Assembly: GCA_041586955.1 (NCBI GenBank)
Contig: JBFGZE010000018.1
Coordinates: forward strand, 1-44,820
From: Bacteriovoracaceae bacterium
Lineage (GTDB): Bacteria; Bdellovibrionota; Bacteriovoracia; Bacteriovoracales; Bacteriovoracaceae
Length of the DNA: 44,820 nt
Direction of reading: 5' to 3'
Each line of letters starts with the position of its first letter. Position 1 is the first letter of the stretch. A model generated the notes under the pieces. That model saw only the letters and a program-made list of their open reading frames with translations. It ran no database searches and was not told the origin of the DNA. The translations under genes were made by a program, and so were the position numbers. Of the stretch, positions 1-9,473 are shown piece after piece.

Positions 1-339
1 AATCAGGATAAATTAGCACAAACATTTATTAATTTAATTATGAATGCGACTCAGGCCTTAAAATATAAAGAAATAGAGCGCAACAAGATTGAGATTATAG
101 TGACAAAAGAGGCTTCAACTGTGATTATCAAGCTTTCTGATAACGGATGTGGTATTAAACCTGAAAATATGGTTAATATTTTTCACACTTTTTTTACAAC
201 TAAAGGTCCGCAGGATGGAACTGGTCTTGGACTATCTCTTTCTAAAAAAACTATAGATGATATGGGAGGTAGTATTACCGTTACGTCTAAAGAAGGACAG
301 GGAACCATTTTCACAATAAAGCTACCCCTTTGCTCCTAA
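1..339 (+). CDS. Sensor histidine kinase, C-terminal HATPase_c domain (5'-truncated by window edge)
   Basis: Frame is open from base 1 (NQDKLAQTFINLIMNA, N-box). Also has G1 DNGCGI, F-box FHTFFTTK and G2 GTGLGL. Confidence 0.92.
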   Translation, partial: NQDKLAQTFINLIMNATQALKYKEIERNKIEIIVTKEASTVIIKLSDNGCGIKPENMVNIFHTFFTTKGPQDGTGLGLSLSKKTIDDMGGSITVTSKEGQGTIFTIKLPLCS

Positions 340-386
340 GCTCAAGTCACATAGACATCATTTATTTTTTATAAACAAGAAATAAA

Positions 387-413
387 ACAGGCCTCAAGCG
401 AATTGAGGCCTGT
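387..413 (-). terminator. Intrinsic terminator of the peroxidase gene
   Basis: Perfect 11-bp stem ACAGGCCTCAA/TTGAGGCCTGT with a 5-nt loop, 7 nt past the stop at 421, followed by a T-rich tract on the minus strand. Confidence 0.8.
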
Positions 414-420
414 CGAATCA

Positions 421-1767
421 TTATTTTTTTACCCATGGACGGTAGAAAGTTGGTGTCAATTGCGTCAATGACTTTTTAAGAAAAGCTAAAAGATCTTCTT
501 TTTCATCATTAGTGAATAAAATTGGAGGCCACATATTTTGATCAAGGCCTTTAAACATATCAATGACTTCTTTCTTAATAAATACACGCTCTAGATCAAC
601 ACCGTAAGTATAACGATACCTGTGATTAATATTGGCAGTCGTATAATGCATAAAAGAATGGCGAACATGGTCGTAATGATTGATTACTTCTTTTAAGTTA
701 ATGAAGGCACCATTATGCATATAAGGAGCGGTTAGGGCGACATTTCGCAGAGCTGGCACTTTAAATTTAAACTTATCTTCGACTTTTCCGGTGGCATGAA
801 ACCGACCATAGTCCTGACCACTCTTCGTTTTTCCTGGGCCGATGGGAGGGACGGCGGTGTTTTTAAAGTCAAAATTGGATAGGTGGGGTCCATTATGACA
901 TTCAGCGCAGCGGCCTTTTTCCATAAAGACCAGTGCTCCTTTTTTTTCTTGTGGACTCAGGGCCTTATTATCACCACGTAAATAGCGATCCCAGGGAGTA
1001 TCATTAATGACAAAGGCATGCTTTTCAAAGGCATAAATGGCCTCAGCGACATGGCCAATAGTGAGTTCGCTGATAGCAGTATCTGGATAGGCATCTCTAA
1101 ACAATTTTTGGTAAAAAGATGCTTGGGCACCATAGAGAAGGCGGTCAAGAAGTGCCTGCCAAATTTCTTGATCACTGCTTAGGCTAGCAATCTCATTCTC
1201 TTCAGGGAGGCCCAACATCTCGTCGTGAGAAAGCATAGGGAAGAGTGCTTGGGCGGTATTAGCATGAGTCATGGCCCTCTTAATTCCAGGCGCTTGAGGT
1301 TCCTTGCCATTAAGGTGTGGGTTGGGGGTGGTGAACACATCGTCCTTTTCTGAATAATGAACACGGCCATCCCAAAACATAAAAATCTGCTCGTCAAAAC
1401 CAATATTAAAAAGGTGAGGGGTATTACGGGGAATTAGTGGGGCATCCCCTTTAACTCGCGTATTGCCGTTAAACGTCATGCCTTGGCCGATGGACAAAGG
1501 AAGATTGTCGCCAAGCCCTTCATTTTCCGCATGGCAACTCGCACAGCTCATATTATAATTTCCAGAGAGCGCCTTTTCAAAAAATAGGTTGCGACCCAGT
1601 TTGACCTCGCCCTCGGATGACTCTGCCGGCCATTCAAGCGCTTTCATTTGAAATGTTTTAATATATTGAGCTAATTGTTGGTCAATACTCTTAGTATCAT
1701 TGGCGTTAAGAGTAAGCGATACTCCCATCAATAGCACGATGCCTAAAATCTTCATGATTCCCCTCAT
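421..1767 (-). CDS. Secreted di-haem cytochrome c peroxidase / MauG family protein
   Basis: Signal peptide, two CxxCH motifs (CASCH, CAECH), LGRNLFFE, RNTP, FWDGR and FKVPALRNVALTAPYMHNG. Confidence 0.92.
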   Translation of the reverse strand: MRGIMKILGIVLLMGVSLTLNANDTKSIDQQLAQYIKTFQMKALEWPAESSEGEVKLGRNLFFEKALSGNYNMSCASCHAENEGLGDNLPLSIGQGMTFNGNTRVKGDAPLIPRNTPHLFNIGFDEQIFMFWDGRVHYSEKDDVFTTPNPHLNGKEPQAPGIKRAMTHANTAQALFPMLSHDEMLGLPEENEIASLSSDQEIWQALLDRLLYGAQASFYQKLFRDAYPDTAISELTIGHVAEAIYAFEKHAFVINDTPWDRYLRGDNKALSPQEKKGALVFMEKGRCAECHNGPHLSNFDFKNTAVPPIGPGKTKSGQDYGRFHATGKVEDKFKFKVPALRNVALTAPYMHNGAFINLKEVINHYDHVRHSFMHYTTANINHRYRYTYGVDLERVFIKKEVIDMFKGLDQNMWPPILFTNDEKEDLLAFLKKSLTQLTPTFYRPWVKK

Positions 1768-1909
1768 TTGTTAGTGTCGTTTATAAAGTGGATAAAATTT
1801 AGCGGCATTCGTTTGGTAAGTCAAACACGTATTGGGCAGCTCAAACAGTTCGCCATGTCATAAGGAATTGAGGATTGGAATATATCTATCAGATCTCACT
1901 TAAGTAAGA

Positions 1910-2170
1910 TTAAAGGTTTTTCATTTTTTCTAGGTAGTCATGATCATTATCATCGTCCATGAGTTTATCAAATTGACCATTCCAATTTTGATGTTCGCCA
2001 GCAGGTTTACGCCAATTGGGATCAATCGGGTTTTTTTTAATAAAATCGAGGGTATTTTCACTAAGAGACATGAGGTATTCAGAGTGAGTATCTGGATCGA
2101 ACTCAGGCCGATCATAGGCCTGTAATTTACCAAGAGTTAAAGCTGCGATTAAAATGATGGTCCATTTCAT
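1910..2170 (-). CDS. Small secreted hypothetical protein
   Basis: MKWTIILIAALTLGKLQA signal peptide preceded by a GGGAG Shine-Dalgarno. Start moved from 2203 to 2170. Confidence 0.65.
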   Translation of the reverse strand: MKWTIILIAALTLGKLQAYDRPEFDPDTHSEYLMSLSENTLDFIKKNPIDPNWRKPAGEHQNWNGQFDKLMDDDNDHDYLEKMKNL

Positions 2171-2312
2171 ATATGGGTCTCCCTGATTAAAATATTTTAG
2201 CAAAGAGGCGAGATCTTTTCAGGCCAGTCAGGCCTGCCTCATTGGCAATTTCCTAGGTGTGAATTAACTGATTTAAATGGTTATCTGGTCGCTTTTCTAA
2301 TCCGGTAATTCT

Positions 2313-2340
2313 ATGAGTTATAATGGCAATTATAGCTCAT
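2313..2340. other. dif-like 28-bp symmetric recombinase site (11-6-11)
   Basis: ATGAGTTATAA-TGGCAA-TTATAGCTCAT. Arms are inverted repeats with 1 mismatch and the inner ATAA-N6-TTAT matches dif geometry. Lies 93 bp upstream of a tyrosine recombinase. Confidence 0.7.
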
Positions 2341-2433
2341 AACCCTTATTCTCTCTTTTCTCACACCCCGTCTCTAAAGGTTTTTTGAAAAACTCCGTTA
2401 AGAAATTATATGTAATAATCATAAGGAAAATAG

Positions 2434-3405
2434 ATGATGAATAACCGTAATATCAACCTCGACTTGGTGGCACAAAACCCCAGCGACGAGTCGTTAAAAT
2501 TAGAATATGAATTTTTTCAAAATTTTGAATCGACCCATACCCGAACATCCTATAAAAACGATATTCGCCATTTTTTCCAATTTTTCAGCGGTCAATTTCG
2601 CGAACAATCTTTACTTAATTGTGAGCGTTTTCATGTGGTCGCCTATAAGACCTGGCTTTTAGAGGGTAATTACTCCCCTAAAAGTATCAACCGCAAACTC
2701 TCCTCTTTATCCGCTTATTTCAAATTTCTCATGGAAAAATCTTTTGTTGAAACCAACCCATGTCAAGGTATCCGAAGGCCACGCCAAGTCGTTCAAAAAG
2801 AGACCAACGACCTGACAGATGAGGAAGTGTTACAATTATTTGAGGCCATTGATAAGTCCGCCTCACCACTTCATAAGGCGATTCTCTATATTTTTTTTGG
2901 CACTGGAATTCGTAAATCGGAATTAATTAATTTGCGGAAAAAAGACCTGCGAGAAATTAATGGACATATGACCATCGAAGTTCGCGCCAAAGGAGGCAAG
3001 CAATTACTAAAATTCTTACCGGAAGAGTGCGTCCAGGCGATTGACGATTATTTAGCGTGGATGGACGGCCAAGAACGCAGTATTTGTGACGATGATTGGC
3101 TTTTCCAGCCTAGTAAGAACCCTTACCGCGGTAAAGAATTTTTAGTGAAGCCCATACGGCCAAAATCCATTGATTATATCTTCAGAAAGTACTGTCAATT
3201 GGCGGGAATTAGCAAGCATATAACCCCTCATAGCGCCCGTGCAACCTATATTGGCTCCGCCCTTGATAACGGCTCTAATATAATTAAAGTGGCAAAAGAT
3301 GTTGGCCATAGTTCGATCAAAACGACTGAGCATTATAATAAGCGGCGCAATCAATTATCCGACTCCCCTGCTCGGAATCTTGGGTTTTTTAAAAAAACGG
3401 CCTAA
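2434..3405 (+). CDS. Tyrosine recombinase (XerC/XerD-like, stand-alone)
   Basis: N-terminal SAM-like domain (SPKSINRKLSSLSAYFKFL...NPC). Catalytic motifs GIRKSEL, KGGK, HSAR and GHSSIKTTEHY. Confidence 0.93.
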   Translation: MMNNRNINLDLVAQNPSDESLKLEYEFFQNFESTHTRTSYKNDIRHFFQFFSGQFREQSLLNCERFHVVAYKTWLLEGNYSPKSINRKLSSLSAYFKFLMEKSFVETNPCQGIRRPRQVVQKETNDLTDEEVLQLFEAIDKSASPLHKAILYIFFGTGIRKSELINLRKKDLREINGHMTIEVRAKGGKQLLKFLPEECVQAIDDYLAWMDGQERSICDDDWLFQPSKNPYRGKEFLVKPIRPKSIDYIFRKYCQLAGISKHITPHSARATYIGSALDNGSNIIKVAKDVGHSSIKTTEHYNKRRNQLSDSPARNLGFFKKTA

Positions 3406-3413
3406 GTCTCAAG

Positions 3414-5039
3414 CTAGAATCCAGAGGGGTCATTAGATTGTTCGTTTTCCATCATCGGCAATAAAGAAAGGTCTAGCTCCTCGAGTACCTTCCAGTCCTT
3501 ATCATAAGACAGGCAAAGTCTTTGGAGATAACGTAAGACCCGCACAAAATAATGAAAAAACTCAAATGATGTTTTAAGATAAGAGGCATGAGTCTTATCA
3601 CCATCTGGCCCCTGCAAAGTCACTTTTTCAGTTAGAAAAGAACCTGGCCTATTGGCCTCACGATCAAATAAATAACACCAAAGCTCATTGCGGTTCCCAT
3701 CAAAGCTATCAACGACTCCTTCAAGAGGATCTAAGGCCATATCTAATTCATCGCGACTTAGGTCTTGAATAAAATGGTTAAAAGCATCCCAGTGTAACAA
3801 TAAATCCTTCAGCGTACGCAGACGGCCTAATTGGGCCCACGCTAAAGGCCTATGGGATTCATGCTTATGCCAAATAAGTAATAATAAATGTTCCAAGAGG
3901 TCAATTTCTTCGAGGAAGTCCAGGGGCACCTTGGCAATCTTTTTTCGAACGCCCTTTTGGGATAGACTTTGCACTAATTGGTCTTCAAACGTTTTTAAGC
4001 GGAATAATAAATCACGGTACAGCTTTTGGGCCTCGACTAGGCCTTCATCTGGCACATTTGATAATAATTGGAATAGGTTTTTTGAAATGGATTGTTCTTT
4101 ATCTCGGTCCGCTGCCTGGCCAGGGTAAATCGCAATCACAATTTTTTGGATTATCGGATAAACAAGAAGACCCATGATAGAGTTTAAAAAATTAAAGGCA
4201 AAGTGGATGGCATTGATTTCATGCTCAATTGCCAGGCCTAAAACTCTATTGACTAAAATTTCTATAACGTTGAGGAAGGTTCCCATGGTGACGACACACA
4301 TCAGAAGTCCAAGGCCATGAATAATAATATTCGCCATTGCCAAGCGTTTCGCCTTAGTGCTCAACCAGGTACTAACCACCAGAGCTGTTAAGGTCAATCC
4401 TAAATTGGCCCCTAAGATTATATAGGGTGCCTTTATTAAGTATCTTGATGTTAATAAATCAAGAATAGGCCCATGTGATTGTAAAAGAATACTGGAAAGA
4501 AAACCCAGTCCCATACCTTTTAAGGGATTCCATGTTTCGCCAGCAAGGAGTTGGTCCGGAGTCAAGATCGTCATCCAGCCCCCCAGGCCCTTTTGTAAAA
4601 GAGCAAAACCGAAAAAAATGATTCCAAGCCAACTCATCAATTGGAAAAAGGAGCGCCATTTAAGTGAGCGCCATAGAAAGATTCCCATTTGTCCGCCCAA
4701 GAGGCAAAAGACAGCGAGGAAGGTCATATCAGGCCCTATAATCCAAAAATTAAGACTAGCTCCCACTGATGCCCCTAAAACAAAAGCAAAGGATGAAGCA
4801 AAGCTAATGGTCGAGCGGGAGGCAAAAATCATCATGCCAATAATCGCCAGCGTTGATGATTGAATCACCATACTAAAGATCAGGCCCAGTAAATATGGCC
4901 GTAGCAAACCGTCGAAATGATCAAATAAACTCTTTGGTAAACGAGTTAAGGCCTTGTCTAGATTAGACGGGATTTTTCGCAGGCCAAAAATAAATAGGCC
5001 GATCCCTAATAAAAATTGAATGATATTTAATTCAAGCAA
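3414..5039 (-). CDS. Na+/Pi cotransporter family (NptA/YjbB-like) protein, divergent
   Basis: Multi-TM N-terminal region with IQSS, LGASVG and repeat-2 LQSHG/GANLG motifs. Helical soluble C-terminus occupies the PhoU-like position. Confidence 0.75.
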   Translation of the reverse strand: MLELNIIQFLLGIGLFIFGLRKIPSNLDKALTRLPKSLFDHFDGLLRPYLLGLIFSMVIQSSTLAIIGMMIFASRSTISFASSFAFVLGASVGASLNFWIIGPDMTFLAVFCLLGGQMGIFLWRSLKWRSFFQLMSWLGIIFFGFALLQKGLGGWMTILTPDQLLAGETWNPLKGMGLGFLSSILLQSHGPILDLLTSRYLIKAPYIILGANLGLTLTALVVSTWLSTKAKRLAMANIIIHGLGLLMCVVTMGTFLNVIEILVNRVLGLAIEHEINAIHFAFNFLNSIMGLLVYPIIQKIVIAIYPGQAADRDKEQSISKNLFQLLSNVPDEGLVEAQKLYRDLLFRLKTFEDQLVQSLSQKGVRKKIAKVPLDFLEEIDLLEHLLLLIWHKHESHRPLAWAQLGRLRTLKDLLLHWDAFNHFIQDLSRDELDMALDPLEGVVDSFDGNRNELWCYLFDREANRPGSFLTEKVTLQGPDGDKTHASYLKTSFEFFHYFVRVLRYLQRLCLSYDKDWKVLEELDLSLLPMMENEQSNDPSGF

Positions 5040-6523
5040 AAATCCTCCAGGGTATAGCGAAATGCATTGAGGTCCAAAGATGGAACGACCTTAGATAGCC
5101 CGGTTTGGTCCATTTCTAGCCGGTAAGTTTGAAATTTAATGGTTTTTATTCCTTGACGCTGCAACGACATTTTAAGAACTAAATCAAGGTTATAGGTCTT
5201 AGGCCCATCGAGCTCGACGCGACCCTCATCTTCATCCAGAAAACTCATACTCTTTTGAGGAGTATCTAAATGACGATAAAAATCCCGTAGGTCAAAGCGC
5301 ACGACATCCTTAAGCGCCCACTTCCCTACTCGATTGATCGGATATAATGCAATTTGTTTATTATAGTGAAGAACCTTATCATGGCCGAGGAGGCTTCCCT
5401 TGGCCTTTTGGCGGGCCTTTTTCCATACATAATACACTTCGTCTGAAACGTCTTCTTTGGCCAAGGTTCGTAGGGTTTCAGTTTGTAAGGCCACTTGTTT
5501 TCGCTCTTTTTGATTGCCATAAAAATCAAACCAAATTTCTGATTTAAAATCGGGTAATTTACCTTTCATCTTTTGGTTAAAATATTCTTTGGAGATATCT
5601 TTGATACGATCTTTGAAGACATACACAGCGACAGCGATCATTAGCATAATAAAAAACTTAATGCCATAATCATGGTCCCCTTGGTTAAAGCGCGATTCGT
5701 ATTGAGCAAAAAAATTAAAACTTGCGGCCAAGGCGGCGGCCACTGCGGCGGCCATATTTTTATAAAATTTATCTTTTTTAATTCGCACGACATCAACATA
5801 TAGAATTTCGGAAATAAATTTCTTGAGCATAGAGGCCCTTTGTAAAAAGCGAAGGCGATCTTGGCGCTTATGAACCACATCATAGTCTTTATAGTGACGG
5901 CGAGTATAAGAACGCTCAGATTCTAAAATGTGGCGCCAATAACTTTCCTTTTCCAAATGCGCCTTTAGGCCAAAGTATTGCCAATAATAACTTAGGTACT
6001 CATCACACCAGGCAATATGCTTGACCACTGTGGAATGCGCGCTACTATCTCCATGAAGGGGGTGCACGATCTCTTGTCTAAACTGATGAAGATATTGATA
6101 AAGAGACTCCAATAAAGCTTCACGTTCTTTAAAGGCCAGATCTTTAGTTTGCTTTAATTGCTGAATAATACGATTGGTAAATAATTTGCCCTCATAAATG
6201 ACATCTTTTAAGAGCGCCTCGCGTTTCGCTAATTGCACTCCCAGACCTAGGTATTCAAGAGTTTTTTCGAATTGATAAATGAATTCCAACTCAACAGTCG
6301 GGGTATGCAATCGTAAATGGTTTTTCACATTTTCAAAAAAGCGATCTCTTTGTTGCCAACGCCCCTGATCCTTAAGCGTATTTGGTGAGAAAAAATACAA
6401 ATCAATTTCAAAATTATTAAGGTGTAGGGTCTCATCACCTGATAAAAATGGATAATTCAGACCTAGCTCAATATGGCCATTGCCTCTTTTCAATAAAATT
6501 TGTCCAGGGCACCAATCCATCAT
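5027..6523 (-). CDS. Hypothetical protein with two central transmembrane helices
   Basis: 498-aa ORF with TMs MAAAVAAALAASFNFFA and FFIMLMIAVAVYVF followed by KDRIKD. Overlaps the next gene by 13 bp. Confidence 0.75.
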   Translation of the reverse strand: MMDWCPGQILLKRGNGHIELGLNYPFLSGDETLHLNNFEIDLYFFSPNTLKDQGRWQQRDRFFENVKNHLRLHTPTVELEFIYQFEKTLEYLGLGVQLAKREALLKDVIYEGKLFTNRIIQQLKQTKDLAFKEREALLESLYQYLHQFRQEIVHPLHGDSSAHSTVVKHIAWCDEYLSYYWQYFGLKAHLEKESYWRHILESERSYTRRHYKDYDVVHKRQDRLRFLQRASMLKKFISEILYVDVVRIKKDKFYKNMAAAVAAALAASFNFFAQYESRFNQGDHDYGIKFFIMLMIAVAVYVFKDRIKDISKEYFNQKMKGKLPDFKSEIWFDFYGNQKERKQVALQTETLRTLAKEDVSDEVYYVWKKARQKAKGSLLGHDKVLHYNKQIALYPINRVGKWALKDVVRFDLRDFYRHLDTPQKSMSFLDEDEGRVELDGPKTYNLDLVLKMSLQRQGIKTIKFQTYRLEMDQTGLSKVVPSLDLNAFRYTLEDFCLN

Positions 6524-6698
6524 TTACAGCGCTCTCCCATGAATGCAAATGATCTAGTCTACAATCCGTTAAAAAATACTGTCAAGAACGGCCAGAATAT
6601 TTTTTATGCGCGTTAAGTGACCTAAATCTTGCTGAGTTATAGGGCATTTGCTAAAATTGCGAATACTTGACCAAAAAATACTTCGTAGGAGAGGGATA

Positions 6699-8471
6699 AT
6701 GATCATCGATGATGTGACGCAAAACTGGAAATGGCTTTTTAAAAACGCTTTTGATTGGCCAACCATCTTAAAGAACTATTACCCCAATTATCCTACAGAA
6801 GATGGATTTGAAAATGAAGATGATGTTATCGAGTTCATGCAAGAAATCTTGGAGAGTATTGGTGATTGGACCAATGGCCCTCTGATGGAAATGGCGGCCC
6901 GTCTTGATAAAGAAGGCGCGGGCGAGGTTCGCGATGGGCGCACCTACTTGTCAGAACCACTCCAAAACTTCATCAAAGAATGTAAGCAATTTGAAGTATT
7001 CGGCCTACCGTTGCCTAAAGAATACGGTGGAATGGGCGCGCCCATCAGCCTTTTCTTTATTATGATGGGAGTTATGTCTCGCGCCTGTATTAGCTCAAGT
7101 ACTTTAATGAGTTTTTATACTTCCATTGCAGAAATGGTTCACCGATATTGTGACCATGAAACGGCAGCTCGAGTAATTCCACAAATTATCGCTGGTGAGC
7201 TCAGTGGTTCAATGAACTTAACAGAACCTGGATGTGGCAGCGACTTATCTAAAATCAAAACGACTGCGGTCTTACAAGAAGATGGCTCTTACCTTCTCAA
7301 TGGTAGTAAATGCTTCATCACCAATGGCGGTGGCGGTCTGGCCTTTGTTCTCGCCCGAGTTCAAGGCGACCCAATGGATCTCTCTGGAATCTCGATGTTT
7401 TTCATGGAGCAAGACATTACCGACGCTAACGGCGAAAAAATACTTAATTTCAAAGTCACCAAAAATGAAGAAAAAATGGGGATGCATGGCTCATTTACAA
7501 CGGAAGTTGTTTATGAAAATGCCAAGGCCCATTTGGTTGGCGAGCAGGGGAACGGCTTTAAGTATATGCTTCATTTAATGAATGAGGCACGTATTGGAGT
7601 TGGCCTACAAGCTGTTGGTGGCATTGAGGGCGTTTTAGGCCATGCCCGTGCTTATTCTCAAGAGAGACAGGCCTTCGGTAAACCTATCGCTGAACTCCCC
7701 TTGCTAAAGAGATTACTCACCGATTATGAAACTGAACGTGATGCCTTGGCCGCCTTATTGGCCGATACCCTCTCTCATTTTGACATCTTCCTAACTCTGG
7801 ATAATAAAAATATTCAAACCGGGGACCTAACAGAAGAGGAAGAAAAAACCAAGGCCCAAGCCTCGTTATGGACTCGTAAGCGCACACCTCTCGTCAAGTA
7901 CTACGCCTGTGAGGCCTATACAGAAATCAGCCAACGCTGTATTCAAGTACTCGGTGGTTATGGTTTTATGCAAGAATACCCCGTGGAACGTTACCACCGC
8001 GATAGTTTTGGGCCACTTCTTTATGAGGGGACTAGCCAGATACAGGCGTTAATGGCGATGAAGGACCTGTTTAAATTCATGATGAAGGATCCTAAGCAAT
8101 TCTTTAAAGGTGTGCTTGTCGGTCATCCGACCAATCGGCTTTTTTCCGATATGGGAACTTATGAGAATAAATTTAGAGCTGCCCAGTACCGCTTTAAAAA
8201 GAAACTACTTAAATTGATCCTTGGGACCTTAAACATAAAGAGTCCCGCAGCTTTGACCAATCCTAAGAAGTTATTAAATGAAGAGGCCATTGATCAATTA
8301 ATGATCCACGCGGAAACCTTATGCCAGGGTCTTTGCTATTTGGAAACCTTGCGGGTTCTTGCGAGTCACGCTGATAAAGATTCAACTCGCGCCGGCCTCT
8401 TTGACCGTTATATGGTTTTAGTTGGCCCACGCTTTGAAGGAATTTATCAAGATTGGAAATTACGGCGCTAA
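6699..8471 (+). CDS. Acyl-CoA dehydrogenase
   Basis: LTEPGCGSD, NGSKCFITNG, EKMGMHGS, QVLGGYG and YEGTSQIQ motifs. ATG 6699 follows an AGGAGAGG Shine-Dalgarno. Confidence 0.95.
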   Translation: MIIDDVTQNWKWLFKNAFDWPTILKNYYPNYPTEDGFENEDDVIEFMQEILESIGDWTNGPLMEMAARLDKEGAGEVRDGRTYLSEPLQNFIKECKQFEVFGLPLPKEYGGMGAPISLFFIMMGVMSRACISSSTLMSFYTSIAEMVHRYCDHETAARVIPQIIAGELSGSMNLTEPGCGSDLSKIKTTAVLQEDGSYLLNGSKCFITNGGGGLAFVLARVQGDPMDLSGISMFFMEQDITDANGEKILNFKVTKNEEKMGMHGSFTTEVVYENAKAHLVGEQGNGFKYMLHLMNEARIGVGLQAVGGIEGVLGHARAYSQERQAFGKPIAELPLLKRLLTDYETERDALAALLADTLSHFDIFLTLDNKNIQTGDLTEEEEKTKAQASLWTRKRTPLVKYYACEAYTEISQRCIQVLGGYGFMQEYPVERYHRDSFGPLLYEGTSQIQALMAMKDLFKFMMKDPKQFFKGVLVGHPTNRLFSDMGTYENKFRAAQYRFKKKLLKLILGTLNIKSPAALTNPKKLLNEEAIDQLMIHAETLCQGLCYLETLRVLASHADKDSTRAGLFDRYMVLVGPRFEGIYQDWKLRR

Positions 8472-8671
8472 AATAGATCGAGGATTGATTGCAAATAAGG
8501 GCCTTGTGCTGTCATTTGTGACCAATTCTCGGGTTTTGAAATCGTCTCCAAATCCTGGTGCCAGTCTAATGCTTCCTGAGCTTTCATTGTTGCCAGGACT
8601 CTTTCTGCTTGGATCCCATCCTGTTGGTTAACGGCCTGATCTGAAGAGTTCTGATTGATATTTTGATCCAT
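8468..8671 (-). CDS. Small acidic hypothetical protein
   Basis: 67-aa ORF with an AAGGA Shine-Dalgarno. Its stop overlaps the convergent ACAD stop. Confidence 0.5.
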   Translation of the reverse strand: MDQNINQNSSDQAVNQQDGIQAERVLATMKAQEALDWHQDLETISKPENWSQMTAQGPYLQSILDLF

Positions 8672-8725
8672 AAAAATCCTTGTCTGGTGCTTATTTGCTG
8701 GCCCGCTTCAGGGCGTGGTATTTTG

Positions 8726-9124
8726 CTAGTTCTTAAGATCTAATACATCGTTTATTATTGTATAAACTGGAAGATGAGGCCTGGTTACTTCATTTGAAAA
8801 GAAATTAATATTGATAATATTATCTCCATCATTATCCAAATATGCCTTCATCATGCGATTTGAAAAATTTAAAACTGTTCCCTTTTTTAAATTTAATATT
8901 TGTATTTCCTTATCTACCGTAATGGCCATATACCCACACTTTCCAGTATGAACAAATTTTAGAAAGTAGCGTTTGTCGAAATCTTGTACTGTCCTAACTG
9001 GATATGAACGTAACTCTAGTGTTCCTTGGCATCGCTCAACTTTTACCGCCCTCCCTACAAGGTCACTGTGACCAAAGGCGGATACTGAAAGTAATAATGC
9101 TGCCCACAGAAAAAGTCTATTCAT
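8726..9124 (-). CDS. Secreted hypothetical protein
   Basis: Signal peptide MNRLFLWAALLLSVSAFG, GGAG Shine-Dalgarno, one Cys pair, AT-rich coding sequence. Confidence 0.7.
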   Translation of the reverse strand: MNRLFLWAALLLSVSAFGHSDLVGRAVKVERCQGTLELRSYPVRTVQDFDKRYFLKFVHTGKCGYMAITVDKEIQILNLKKGTVLNFSNRMMKAYLDNDGDNIININFFSNEVTRPHLPVYTIINDVLDLKN

Positions 9125-9414
9125 GTCAATTCTCCGTTCTTTTCATTAGTGGTTTGACTCCAAATTAGATTTAAGAGTCGCATAAAAATGAGAATATTAA
9201 TGCGATGCATGTAAAATATTTACCCCTTGGTCAGTTTGAATAAATCTTTTAATTACAGGTAATTATCACTTTAATATCTTGAGAAAGGGCAGAAACAAGC
9301 TATTTTGATGAATGGTAAGACCTCTCCATTTAAAACCTGCCTGAATAATTTGGTAGTGGGACTTTTTTGAGCAGTCCCTAACCTCTTGAAACCCTTTAAA
9401 GCCGAGTGTTTTGA

Positions 9415-9441
9415 TAAAGAAATAGCATAAATGACCGATAA
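9415..9441 (+). promoter_or_regulatory. Sigma-28 (FliA)-type promoter
   Basis: TAAA-N15-ACCGATAA, against consensus TAAA-N15-GCCGATAA. Confidence 0.7.
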
Positions 9442-9473
9442 TAGAAGGGTAAGTTTTGTCCCCAGGAATGGTA

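Noticed and set aside
421..1767. MauG/MbnH as part of a cofactor or methanobactin cluster
   Set aside because: No mau, mbnP or TonB-receptor neighbours, so it is left as a generic family call.
2434..3405. Integron integrase or prophage integrase
   Set aside because: No IntI-specific insertion, attC array, arm-binding domain, tRNA target or phage genes were seen.
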